Origin: Camelus dromedarius
Lineage: Eukaryota
Assembly (NCBI RefSeq): GCF_036321535.1
Contig: NC_087436.1
Span: 39,062,001 to 39,126,000 of the forward strand
Length of the DNA: 64,000 bases
Direction: 5' to 3'
The notes beneath the pieces are model-generated. The model had not been told where the DNA came from and did not search any database. It saw nothing but the letters and a program-made list of their open reading frames with translations. The first letter of the stretch is position 1. The number at the start of each line of letters is the position of its first letter. Positions 38,201-50,664 of this stretch are shown here, one piece after another. The position numbers were made by a program, and so were the translations under genes.

Positions 38201-40319
38201 TGTGGGTCAATACCACCCTTGGCTACTTTTGAACTAATGATCTCAAATTGACTACCTTGTGTTCCATTGTCTGCCCCCTATAATACTATGTTAAAAGTGC
38301 ATTATAAAAATGATCTTCTTTCCTGCTTTGCCTTAATATGCCCTTTTTGGTTGTTCAGTTAGAAAAGAATGCAAAATATACAGCATTCAGCAGACTTTCT
38401 TTGCAGAGAACAAGTCACACAAACAGTAGTATTGTATAATGGATAGATTGCTTTTTCCTTTATCCTAGATGAATCTTCCTAACTGATTTCCCCAAAAGGC
38501 AAATAAGGGACCAAGCTAGATCCTGTGGTTCTAACCTCTAGGTAAATTGCCACCAAAGGCAATGGAAGATTTTCCAGAGAAACAGCAGAAGAATCAGCCC
38601 CACTGTTCTGTAGCTGACTTACCTCTTCTCTGTATGTCACAGAAATACTTACGACTTGCAGTTTTACAATGCACAGAAAAATGGAAATGCTCACAAAAAA
38701 GAAATTCAGATGTTTACAGGGCAATATAAGAGAAATATCAGAGAAATGACTTAGGTCAGAACAGCTCATACAGGGAAGTTTTTTTTTTTTTTCAAATATG
38801 TACATTGAACAGGTAAAGAAGAAAGTAATATTTTAATAGGATAGTGAAAAACATAGCAGATTGACAGTGACAGCAGAAAAAGAACAGGAGTACAGATATT
38901 TTCAGAGGATTAAAATGGTACCATGTACCCTCAAACCAGGCAAGCTTTTATGAGAGGTCTCTAGACATATCTCTTGTATTGAGTAGATGGTTTTTCTGGA
39001 GCTGTCAAAAATGCTTTGTGGTTCTCTATATTATTTCATGTTGAATATTTTCCATGGTTGGTCAGACTTGGACTTAAAATAGATATGAGAAAGGTCTTCA
39101 GGTTTACTGTCAGTAACATTATTAACTTCAGAGCCAGCTGGATGACGGCATTGTTTGTGACTAATCCAAATTTACAAGGTAACCTTGCCTGAATCCTCCT
39201 GGTCCATCAAATATAAATAATAAAGTGAAGGTGCAAGAATAGAATTGCAAGGAACAGTGGGAGAAGCAGTCGTCAGAAAGCAAAACAAACACAAGGAAAA
39301 AAAATCTGTGAGGTGACTTAGAAATTAGGCTAGTAATTGTGTGTTCTCACCCTACGGCCTCCACACATGGGGTTCCTCGTGCTTCACAATCAGCCCCTGG
39401 AGTCAGTAACCCCTCATGCCCCAACCATGTGGTTTCCCAAGGGAAAACAACAGTCATATGTACCTTTGTCTGCAGCCTGCTCACCTTCTTATCTGTCCCT
39501 CCATTACACTGTACTCTACCGCTTGCCTCGGCGGAAGAAAACAAACTTATGCTTTCATGGGCAATTGGAGATATACTCATTTAGTTTCTTAAGTAACTGG
39601 GGAGAGAGGATGGGCATCAATCTCTAAGGGTAATTATCCTTCTTGCCCCATCCCATTTACTTTAAAGAAGTCTTTGGAAATGAGCTAATGTATGTAAAAC
39701 ATCTTGCAAGTGCCATAATAAGTGTCCCATAATTATTAACCCCCTCTTTCTTACCCATCTTACCAAACTATGTACATTCCAACAGTCCCCAAGGTACCTT
39801 CTCTGCGGCATCAAACAGGTGGCTGAGGTTGACAGACCAGAGCTGATCCCTGTCCTCGATAAATTTCTTATCCCTTAACACTAGTAATAGAGATTAAGCT
39901 AAACTTAAAAAGGAAATGTCAGTCAATACGTGTTATATTTTCACTATACTTGAACCTTTTCACCATAGGAACACAGTCGTTACGTTACATAGAGACTGTG
40001 TCCTAATGCTGATATCACTGATCACTGTCTTTCTTGTGGCTAAAGCATAAATCCTAAATATCCCCCTTACTTAATACAATGGCCCAGGTCTATTTGGGGG
40101 TGCTCCCAGATTTTTAAGTGTGCAAAGAAGATAAATATGTTTTAAGTCAATCTGAGTTAGATTTTTGACTCATTAAAAATATTCTGCTCCTTGGACCCAG
40201 ATTGGGAGGTGGCATCTGAAATTAAGTTGAGGACTTGGTAGGCATTCTTTTCGGGGACTCAAGTAACACTGCAAACGATTCGTTTCAAGCAAAGTGGACA
40301 CTCAGCTTCAGCTACAAGA
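35231..40319 (-). other. SYNPO2: Probable long 3' UTR of the exon-4 read-through isoform
   Basis: Transposon-poor ~5-kb stretch after the stop at 40320, with AATAAA candidates at 37396-37401, 35454-35459, 35398-35403 and 35231-35236. Dense MIR/L1 begins below ~34980. The true end is uncertain. Confidence 0.45.
35405..35483 (-). pseudogene. SYNPO2: Disabled counterpart of a human SYNPO2 alternative last exon
   Basis: Starts GTGAAA (VK). The 3' half reads IITRTYFPAYPFSTT* versus the recalled human tail VKCKSGIHSQDIIRTYFPAYLSSST. It is 79 nt (one base longer than the 78 expected) and has TG where the acceptor AG would be. Confidence 0.6.
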
Positions 40320-40349
40320 TTACTCTTCCGCAACAGACGGTTTCCACAC
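40320..40349 (-). CDS. SYNPO2: Read-through tail of exon 4 giving the shorter isoform C-terminus VWKPSVAEE*
   Basis: The ORF continues past the weak donor to TAA at 40320-40322. Corresponds to the human isoform ending VWKPSVVEE (recalled). Confidence 0.9.
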   Translation of the reverse strand: MWKPSVAEE

Positions 40350-42535
40350 CTGCACTGTGACACCACTTTTCTTGGCTGAAAACTTCGGCCTCGGTGCCAC
40401 AAAATAAGATGTTGAGGCTGATTCTCGCTTTGGAGAGGTAGGAATGGCCACCGGCACTGGGGAGGCGCTGACTGGTGAGGTGGCCTCGGCGAAGAAGGAA
40501 GGCTGAGAGCTGTAGGCTGGTACTGAGTACACGGACGAAGCCTGCACGTTAGTGGGCGAGCCAGCATTCACTGGCCGAGGAGGAAGAGCTTGTTTCATGG
40601 CTGGCACTGAACTGACCTTGACTGATGACTTTGTTGGGAGGCCACCTTTTGCATCTGGAGGTTGGAAAGTAAACAAGGACGCATTTAGCTGATATGGTTG
40701 GTGCTTCATGACATCCAAAGCATTGAGGGGTTTCTTGCCCTTTTTCTTGCTTGTTTTGGAGGCCTGTGGGCCTGACGGCTGAGACTTGACTGCGGCCAGT
40801 GGGTAGGAGGGGGAGTGGATAGGATTGTAGGCCATGGGAGGAGGTGCACGGACGTTGGAGGAGTACTTCCAACCGGCCGGTAGAGATGGAGTGGGAGACT
40901 GAGCACGGGCAGCGTGGGCCTGCACCGTGTCCGAATCCACCACATACTTCTCCATCCTCGACTGCCTTTTAGCGAAGAGCTGGGCTCCTTTCCCACTCAT
41001 TCCCGGAAGCTCATTGGATGGTCTGACTGCACCAGCATGAGCAGTGTTTACTGTTGGTGTGGGAGCTGCTGGCTTGGGAGTGTAGTTCAGGCTGGCTACC
41101 GTTGCTTGTGGTCCTTTGAAGGGACCAGCCAGGTTCAGAGCACTTGCGGGCCGGGCAGGAGGATAAGAAGGCTGGGCTATTTTGATGGAGGAGACCATGG
41201 TGCCCTGTGATGGGTTGGATGTGGGGAAGGCAGGAGGTTGGGTTGGAGCCACTCCTGGTGACCAGACCGGAGAAACTGGAGTTACTGGTTGGGAAGATGA
41301 GGACTTGACAGCAGGCTTTGGAGCAACAGGAGGTGGGGTCTTTTGTTTCGCAGAGGAGCTCTGCATGAAATTACAAGCCTCTGCTCCTAAACTGAGGTAG
41401 TCTTCTTCGGGTCCAGAATCACCTCCTGCTCCAGTGCCCCTTTTGCCTTCTGAATTTTGAAGAAGTGACAAGAGTTCAGGATTTGGACTTACTTTGGGCT
41501 CTTTAAAAGTGAACATGGGTTTTGTTGTGCTTCTCCTTTTGGCCTCCTGCAATATTCCTGTTCTTTTTGCTGGCACTGCGATCCTTTCATCCCGGGAGGC
41601 TATTCGTTCAGACGAATCATAAAAGGCTGACTGGGACCATGGGGCAGGCTGGGGCCACGGAGGAGGCTGTGCCGGGCCAGCTGTCGGACTTGACACTGCT
41701 CTGGAGAAGCCTTCAGGTGGGGGTGTGACTGCAGAATAAGGTGGAGGTGCAGGAAAGTCAGCGATGGGACTTGTCAGGTTTCGGGTTGGGGAGAAAGGGG
41801 TTGTTGGCTGGTTCACAGACCCTGGGAAGGGTTTGGCTGTTCTATTCATAGGCATCATCCTCTGAGCCTCTGCTGTCTCAGACACCCCAGTGAAGCCATT
41901 CTGTTGGGGCACATGGCCAAGACTAGGGCTCACCTCAATGTAGCTTTTGCTCACGGAGCTCTGCACTCTCACTGATTCTTCTTCCTTCCTTTGGTAGGAA
42001 GTCATGGCTCTCAGGCCATCGGTCTGGGCAGCATCTGGTTCTCTGCTTGGCACTCCACCCATCCTCTCCTCCTCTTTTTGGGCTGTGATCTGATCCATTC
42101 TCTCTCTCCTCTTGGCAAACATGAGGGCCCCCTTGCCTGTGGTGTCTGGCAACATCTCCATCTTGTCCCCTCTGTTCAGTTTCTTTTCAATGTCCACTAG
42201 TCCAGAGTCCCAGTCAAAGTTCACAACTTGTGTGTTGTCGTCAATATCAGACAATAACTCTTCATCCACCTCTGATTCACTTGCACCCAGAAATGCTACT
42301 TCACATGTATCTTCTTTGTCACCCTCTTCCTCCTCCTCGTCTGCCTCTCGCTCAAGTTCACCAGTCCCGTAGCTGACTAGGGTGTATTTCCTGGCCCTCC
42401 GACGACGCTTCTTAAACATCAACACCCCCTTGGAGTTGGGGTTGGGGGCATCTGTTAGAAGGAGGGCAATGCTTTTGCATTTAGATTTTGCTTCTTTCAC
42501 CTGCTTTTCTGATAGACTTTCACTCCTTCTGAGCC
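40350..42535 (-). CDS. SYNPO2: SYNPO2 exon 4, spliced form (LRRSESLSEKQVKEAK...KKSGVTVQ); actin/alpha-actinin/filamin-binding region with NLS-like KKRRRRARK and KKKGKK and a PPPY motif
   Basis: 2186 nt. Acceptor tttgtactttccctag|GGCTC, internal donor CAG|gtgtgg. Matches the 726-aa ORF 40320-42500; PPPY is encoded at 41736-41747. Confidence 0.97.
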
Positions 42536-44237
42536 CTAGGGAAAGTACAAAAATTATATTGAGTTGATGAGTTCAAGGAAGACTCCATAGCAACCCAGAA
42601 ATCAACTCTCCTCGGGGAAGATGAATATGGAAAAAACGTGTTTACAATTGCATACTGAATTTTGAGGCAATCCAACTCATTTCTCTTTCTTATTTCTTTT
42701 AAAATTTATACTTCTATAATGATATATATGATGATATGATATAATATATGTAACTTATATATATTATATAATACCCCATTTCATTTTTTTATGTAAGTAC
42801 ATTTTTAAGTATGTTGATTAGAATATATGCTTCATAATTTGTCTCTGTATGGGTCCTTACCCTTTAACAATAAACACTGGCTAGTAAATGTCAGTTAATA
42901 GGATGTAATTAAAATTACAAAGGAAATAATTTAAGGACATAATATTTTCTGAAAACAAGTTAAGATATACCTAAATAAAATGTCAATATAAAAAGTTTCC
43001 AAGCATTTTTAAAAAGCAGGAGGGGGAAACAAGAAAATGTTATTTACTAAATGTTTTAATGTAATGAGTTAAAAATTTTGTTTTACTTTGACATTCTCCC
43101 AAAGTCTTTGAAACTACTGAATTAATATAAATTTAAAAAACTGAATGAATAATATGTTAAGGTACTGAATCAATAACTAATTAATAATAATTCAGAATAC
43201 TAGTTTAATGTGAATACATGTAAGAAATTTTAGCTACAAAATTGTCTAGATAAATTTGTTTGTAAATAAATTGCTATCTTGGAAATATAATACTACTTCA
43301 ATTGCAGCAAGAATAAGTGTAGATCTTGGGGAAGTTTAAAAATTATATGATTAGTAACTCTTTTAACTGTGGGTAAAAGCTGATGTAGAAAGTAAGTCAT
43401 AAAAAAACAAAACGAAAGAAAGTCATGTAAAAAAAGAGCTTGACTGTTCTAAAATAACAAAAATTTGTATTTAAATTTTAGATTTTGTTATTATTGTTAC
43501 AAGAAATAAATTGGTGGCAAATGAATTTATAGCACTACCTAATTACAATCATATATTCAATGATAAATGAGCATGATTCACAAATAAGTTTTGAATTTCT
43601 CAAAATAGTTCAGTGGAAATTTCAGAAACATTTTTTGAATATTTTATGATTGAAATTAGCTCTTTTTGTCACTGGAAAAAAATTAGACTTAGTGGTTAAT
43701 TTTTTTTAATGTAATAGAATCAAAATAGTTTTATAGCAAAGTTACAGAGATATTCGCTGGTAATCAAATTTTATTCAGAGAAAATGGTAAAAAGCATGGT
43801 CATTCTTAAGTGTAACAGAGTATTACACAAGTGACTAGTGTTATACAACTTGCTATTAAATTGACAGTCACAGTTGCACAGTTGTTGCCAACTTTACTGG
43901 CAACATGTAAAGTATGAGAGTGCTGCCTTAATGCATTTGTTTAATATACTATAAATGTGAAGGTGCATACAGATGCTTAAAGTATAAGGAATGATTAACA
44001 GCACTTGCCAATTCAGCTACAAGTGGTTATGCTAAAAATATGCTTTGAAAAGAATAACAATAGTTAGGAGACAGTGTAATACTCTGAATAACCAAGATCA
44101 TTACTGTTGTGAATATCATTCATACATTCCAGTGCCTTTGACAGTCAGTCTTTACCTCCTCAAATGAAATTCCAAATTTTTTTTTAAGCACATGAAAGAA
44201 AATAACAAAAATCATAAAAGCTAACTGCTATTCTTAC

Positions 44238-44328
44238 CCTCATTCTCCTTTCTGTGATCGCTCCCCTGGGTAAAACAAAACGCCGTAAAAAGCCTTGAAT
44301 TTAAAATGTACTTTGTGTTGGGGGACAT
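44238..44328 (-). CDS. SYNPO2: Candidate alternative first coding exon in intron 3 (MSPNTKYILNSRLFTAFCFTQGSDHRKENE-G), in frame with exon 4
   Basis: ATG at 44328, 91 nt open, strong donor GAGG|gtaaga, phase 1 matching the exon 4 acceptor. Confidence 0.55.
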
Positions 44329-44964
44329 TTAAATGCCTCCACATGGCCCTGTGTCCAGAAGGTAGATGAAATGCTTTTCAGTCTAGTGAAGGCTTACAAA
44401 ATGGAGAGGATCATGTAACCGCTCAGTATTCCACATGTCCTTGTCTATCAAACTCACTTCTGCAAGCATCATCATGCTGCACAATGATTTTTTTCAAAAT
44501 GAGGATCTGCTTTTAATATCAGCGGTGGAGCCTGTATTTTAAAGACATCTCTCAGCAGCAGACTCAACAGTTTTTGACATTTAAACTCAGAGTCCACATG
44601 ACTTCAGATACTCTCAGATGCTATTTAACATGAAATATGACAATATTCTGAGACAAATCAAGCAGGCACATTAACAGTACTATTTTCTTTAACAGTTCCT
44701 GTGCCTTTGGGGATAAAAGAAAGTGCATTAAAATCATTTAAATCTACTACAGAGTTCAAACTTATTACTTCCAATTTAGAAATTTGTGTTCACAATTTCA
44801 TGTTTGTTATTTTGTGCATTAATAAATTTTTTTTAAAAAGTGAATGAAAGACATAAGAAAAATCTTTAAAAAAAAAAAATCCATGCAGGTGAAGCAGCAG
44901 CAAATGCTCTAAGCTCCCAAGCCCCTTCCAACAGCCCAGCAGCGGCCCCTGGGGCAGGACTTAC

Positions 44965-45764
44965 GTGCGTGGCGCGCTCTGTGCTTGTGAGGTCTGCTGT
45001 GATCCCTTTCCGAGCGTGAATCTTCTCCCTGCTCTGTGCCTTCTGATGAGACTGCAAAGGATACCAGAGAAGGAGGTGCTTCTGACTGCCCTCCTTCCAC
45101 CAGAGAATCCACACACCCCTTTCCTGCCTGAAGCCTGCACCCTTCCGTCTTCTGCCTGTCAGAGCAGTCGAAGATCACTTCTACTCGGGGCAGCCCCGAG
45201 TCTCCTGCTTCACTTCCTTGGATCACTCTCAATTCTTGGCCACTGGAGATCTGGATTATCTTGCCGGACCTCAGAGAAGGGTCCCCTTTCTCACCAGTGG
45301 GGACTGAAGTTGTGTGGACAGTCCCGTCATGTTGTAAATGAGGATGTAGGTCAGGAGACTTGGATTTTTCAGCTCCCAGGAGAGCCACTACAGGGGCACC
45401 AGTGCCTTTGTGTCTGTCTTGTGAAAGGGACAGTTGTAGCTCAACCACAGTGCCTGGCCGCCCCACTTCTGCCTTCTCCTTTAAGATAACCTCCTCTGCT
45501 AGGCGTCCACTTTCGGAGTCAGAGGTGTGAGGAGCCGGGCCTGTTCCTTCTTTCAAGCTCCCAGGAAAACCAGCGCCGCCTGCTTGATCCTCAGCTAGGG
45601 GAGCTCCACTCTTGACTGGGGCGATGTAGAACTCTCTATACTGGCTCTTTGTGGCTGGTTGAATCTGTAGGGTGGTACTTTCCACATACCCCTCATGGGT
45701 GAAATGCTCATGGTTTTTGTTTTCAGTTTCAGAAATCAAAGTCTCACTTATTCCACTGGATGGT
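44965..45764 (-). CDS. SYNPO2: SYNPO2 exon 3 (PSSGISETLISETENKN...RPHKHRARHA-R)
   Basis: 800 nt inside ORF 44909-45892. Acceptor tttctgtgtgcag|ACCATCC, donor GCAC|gtaagt. Phase 2 in and phase 1 out join exons 2 and 4 in frame. Confidence 0.95.
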
Positions 45765-47607
45765 CTGCACACAGAAAAATCAGTCCAGACAGTTAAATCA
45801 GAGTGTATTACACCTGCCAAAATACTTCCTGACACTTTTATGGTGTTTAAAATACAGTCAAAATATTTCCTCTTAAATGTCAACTGCAACATATTTGAAA
45901 ACAGAACTTGGCAACATGTTTGTATTATTATTTAAAGATCTGCCAAACAAATATGTCTTTAAAGCAAAGCAAAAATGCTCACAAAAGATTATAACACTGA
46001 AATCCATCTTAAATTCAGCATTTATTTTTTTAAAAGAACAGGTTATAGCTACATGGATGCCCTTTATCTATAATTATTTGGGTCTTTTCAAATAACCATG
46101 TTTGTTATAATTTGACAAAGCATTTTAATGTCTTATTGACTAAGTTTATGTCTGGACATTATGAAGTCAGATAAACATATTCTGCAGCTTCAGAGCAATA
46201 TTAATATACAGATAGCTCAAGTAATCCTTTTAGAGGCTGTGCTTTCTTGAAAGGAATGAAATAGAAGCTGTTTTTTAAGCTCCAATGAGCATGTGTTTTG
46301 TAATAAGTGGACCCCAGCCCAGTACTCTTGTGTAAAGAGAAATCCTTTCCATGCTGCAATGAACCATTGAGTCATAGAGTATTTATAATCTGATATGTCT
46401 CCCCTTCTCTATTTGAACTTGTCTCTTGGAGCATTTTCCTTATAGGATCTCTGAAGTCAAAATGTTCCTTAATCTTTCAGCTAAGGAACCTGGAGCTGTT
46501 CACCATAGTCCTTTGACCTTAACCATTCCCAGCTAGTTTTGCAAATTTGAGTTTGCAAGAAGAAATGTCAGTTAAGGGTTAAACAACTTCTTGCAAAAAC
46601 TCTTAATTTAAACTCTAACTGCTTTTAGAAGAGAAGCATCATTCACAGAACAGCTGTAGGAGATGCCTTCGTTTCTTACATTTTTAAGTTTTTTTTTTAA
46701 GCAGCATCTATCTCAGGCCCCTTTCTTCCTCGCTCAAAATGTACCCTGACTAATGCAGGATCATCAACTGAAGGGAGAGAGCCCCTACTTCTGTTCTACT
46801 CAAGGGCGTTTACCTTAGAATTTATGTGGTAGTAAAATTTAAGACTAATATTCAAAATAATTACTCTTAATTTTGCTTTTGACTGCATTTAGCAAAACAA
46901 AAGTAAACAAAACACAAACTAACAATCAAATGAAATGCAGAATCTTCTATGCAAGTAATCTGTAAAGCTTCCTGATAATACCAAAAAACCCATTATAATA
47001 TAGTATTTTAAAAACATGATGACAGCAAATTAGGTATTTCTTCCACAGGAAATGATGAATACACTCTATGCAAGTAAATTTGAGGGTACCAAAAGGCTAG
47101 AGAGTTTTAATTTAGGAAGGCCTTGAGATAGAAGTAGATTAAATCACTTTCAATTATGTTAGCAATCAGTTATAAAACTGAGAAGAGAGTAGTTTGAATT
47201 CATTCCAGACTTACAGACTGTAATACAGGCAAATGAGTCAGAGAAATGTTAACAGTTATTGGTAGCTAAAGTAAAATGGATATACTTGAGTAAAAATCAT
47301 AAAAGAATTAGAGGATAAAGCTTTATACCTTAAAATGCTCGTTTCCATTCAGTGCACATAGTTACTCAATTCCCCAATTTATGTGTCATAAGTGTATATA
47401 AATATATATATCTGTGTGTATATATATAATTTTAATAAAGTTTACAATAGAGACTTAATGTTAAAGGAGGCTTTTAAGTTGGTCTGACCCAGCTATCTCT
47501 GGGCAGTAGTCCAGGAAAAGTAAATCACTTGTCCTCTAGTGATAGATGACAGTTACATGAGTGACAGAAATATTTAATTCCAGGAAACGATGTTCAGATA
47601 TCCAGAT

Positions 47608-47635
47608 TGGTGGTGGTGGTGATGATGATGATGAT
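47608..47635 (+). repeat. Compound (GGT)n(GAT)n microsatellite
   Basis: Seen directly. Confidence 0.85.
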
Positions 47636-49142
47636 TACCTTTGGGCTGATTTTAATTTGAGATTCCATTTTGAATCTTATCAATTATTTATTTATTTTGT
47701 AAAAGTCAATTATTTAAGAGAAAATAATAATAACCAAGATTCCAGTTATTAAAAGAAGCAAAGAACTAGTCCATTTATTTCTGAAAATAAATATGTACCT
47801 AAGACTCAGCTTTAAACCACCAAGAATTTTCCCACTGATAGTCATCACAATCAAAACAAGAACTAGTAGGGGATGTCCCACACCACAAGTGTGTTCTAAA
47901 GAAACTGGCCTCATTAAATCAGCAAAGACACCAAAAGGGAATAAATTAGAACAGGTTTTTCTCCCATTTTGGGTGTCATTAAACCTTTACCAAGATGAAA
48001 CTCTTCAAATACCTCAGAGATTTATGCATAAAAGTGGCCAACACTGTGACTACACTTGGCAACATTCCTGTTAGATCCCTTTTAAAAGCAAATTGCAGCT
48101 TTATAAATAAGTAGGATCCCAGGGGCTTAAACATTGGGCTTGAAGGGTAAATATTTAGCTGGGAGATTCTGAGACTAACGCTAGATTTCCTTTATTTTCA
48201 CAAGATTTTGGCCAATGTGAGTTCACATTTGTATAGAAATGGAAACATATTGAATAAGTATCAGGGAGGTAATGCTGTATGTAGTTTTTCTGCAGAGTTA
48301 AGGCAAAACCTGGAAGTTTTTGAAATTCTGTGTGAAAAGTCCTCTCTTGTCGTCCTGAAGGCTGCTTTTCAGGAAGCCAGAGCTTTCCTTTGTGGATTCC
48401 GCGGTCAGGGCCTCACTTACAAAGTTAGTTTGGACTATACTGTGATTTGGACATGGTAAAAATGCTGATTCTACAGTTTTTTTTTGTCATTACCTTTATT
48501 GTTTTCTTTTGTTTTTATATTTAAGGTTGACTTCTGCATTTTTAAGCTATCAGGTGAGAAGAGTAGTATTTGGAGACATGAAATTGACAAGTGATTTGCA
48601 TTGACAGTCCAAAAACTTTATTCGAACCATTGGCTTTTGCTCATATCCAAATATGGTTTTTATTGGCAAACAGAAATTGGGCTGCTTTTAAGGATTTTTT
48701 GGTTCTTTTCCTTCTCCTAGGCATCCTCTTTCTATTTAAATAAATCTTATACAGTGTAATCTTTTAACATTTAAACATTTTAAATTCATCTAGGAATCTA
48801 GGAATTATAATTTAGTGATCCTGATCCACCAAAAAATGTTGACTTAGAAGTATTAAATTGTGTTCCATATACTTAGCTTCCAAAGGAAGCAGTCTAAAAT
48901 ACCTGAGATTTTCAACAAAGTTCTTGAAATAAAATTTTTCAAGTTAATTCTCAATTAAACAGAAAATTCAGTTGATTAGAATTGCCATTTTTCAAACACT
49001 ATGATTTTTCTGTTTAACTATCCCGATCTTCTACAGAGCACCCTCATTTCCCCATAAATAACAATTTATATGTGTAGTAGGACTTATAATCATTCCCATG
49101 TAGCTTCAGGAGGAAATATATATTCCAACAAATGTTTTATAC

Positions 49143-49294
49143 CTTTTGATGAGCATTTGGAGAGAGTCTGTTATGCTCTCCATGAGCTTAATGACTTCTG
49201 GGTACGTGAGGTCTGCACAAGGGTTGCCGTTGATAGAAACCACTTCATCTCCCTCACAGAGCCCAGACCCAGAGGCTTTACTCTGGCTTCGGAT
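49143..49294 (-). CDS. SYNPO2: SYNPO2 exon 2, C-terminal part of the PDZ domain (IRSQSKASGSGLCEGDEVVSINGNPCADLTYPEVIKLMESITDSLQMLIK-R)
   Basis: 152 nt. Acceptor tttttcattccactcag|ATC, donor AAAAG|gtataa. Contains the PDZ signature GDEVVSING; phase 0 in, phase 2 out. Not in the ORF track. Confidence 0.96.
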
Positions 49295-50170
49295 CTGAGT
49301 GGAATGAAAAAGGAGGCAATAGTTAGAATCACATAACTTGTTAAAAAAAATGCACCACTATCTCTGAGAAATTTTTACTTGGGACAGGTAGATAGATGTG
49401 CAAACTGTAAAATCTGCCCTGATTTTTAATTTATTTGTCAACCTATTAGACCATCTGCTATACTTCTCACCCGTCTCACACACAATTTATTATATACCAT
49501 AATGTCAACATTTAATTCATAGCATTCTAAGTAGACAAAAAAAAGGAAAGGAAATCTATGGTAAAGGAATTAGAATGACAGAAATAAAGAATAGAGAATG
49601 GGGGAAGACAGATGTTTAAACTAATTATAAAGATAATTATTTCACACTGTGAAGTTTGACCAATCAGAAAGTGGCTTCTCCCATTTAAATAAAATTTAAA
49701 AGCCCTTCCCATTGCCAGGATGAGTGGAACACCTACTGTAAGGAGTTGTAGGCAGAGCAATCATTCTAAGGAGAGAGCTGTACAGCTCAATGAACTGATG
49801 AAAGCCATCCCAGTAAAATGGGGAAATTAGGCAACTGGATATTAAGATTTATGTCAAGGGGAGAAATCCTTGATTGAAATCAACTATTCAAGATTTGATA
49901 CTAAGCAAACTTTACCAAAAAAGAAAGAAAAAAGAGATTATTTTGCAAAAAATAAAAATAGCCTTGCTCTAAGGATTGCATCATATTCCAGCACAGATCG
50001 CTGTGGAACAAGAACTGAATAAAAACATAGATTAGAACCTTCAAATCCTGGAAGAAGAAAGCTTTAGAGGAGTAGAATAACAACAGAGAGCTCCCACCAA
50101 TCCTTAGTGAGGATTAACTTTCAGTTATTCCTGGAGGCTTACATGCTGTATAATTACGATTATGGTAAAA

Positions 50171-50664
50171 TGTTGTGCTGGTTTTTCTCCCTCTGCACAT
50201 TCTCTACCCTACTTGGTGCTGCTTTGTGGCAGTGGGGAGACTGGCCTCTAGAGACTGAACTGACTGGGTTCCCATGCATGCTGACTTCTGACTGGATTTG
50301 GTCAACAGGAAGCCCCAGATCAAAAAGCAAAGGGAATGAGAGGTCAGGGAGATGCTATCGCTGCTGGACCTGCTGGGCCATGGCTTGGCATTGGCTCTGT
50401 TCCTTGATCTAGACAGTCACAGCTCCTGCTTGTCTGTCCCTCTTCCACACCTCAACTCTAGTTATGTTCCAATAACACACCAATAACACACCATCTCCTT
50501 GTACCCTTGCCTGAGGATAATAATAGCTTCCTGCTCTTGATCTCTGGGTGTTTCATTATCATTTGTTGGTTCACTTGAGCCAGGCTTTAGCCTCTGCATT
50601 ACATTATCTTTAATTACTCCTTTGAACATGCCACCTATTTCCTGCTGGGATCCTAGGTGATACT
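50171..50664 (+). mobile_element. Old ERVL solo LTR (LTR33-like)
   Basis: TG start, tgacttctgactggatttggtcaacaggaagcccca core, ends tttcctgctgggatcc...tgatac. Confidence 0.6.

Noticed and set aside
45765..45892. N-terminal part of the 327-aa ORF (MLQLTFKRKY...) as a real start
   Set aside because: This is intronic sequence that happens to be open upstream of the exon 3 acceptor. The same applies to the ORF tail 44909-44964 beyond the donor.
40259..45935. Overlapping alternative-frame and antisense ORFs (e.g. 44965-45489 +, 40549-40872 -)
   Set aside because: By-products of GC-rich coding exons, with no independent splice or homology support.
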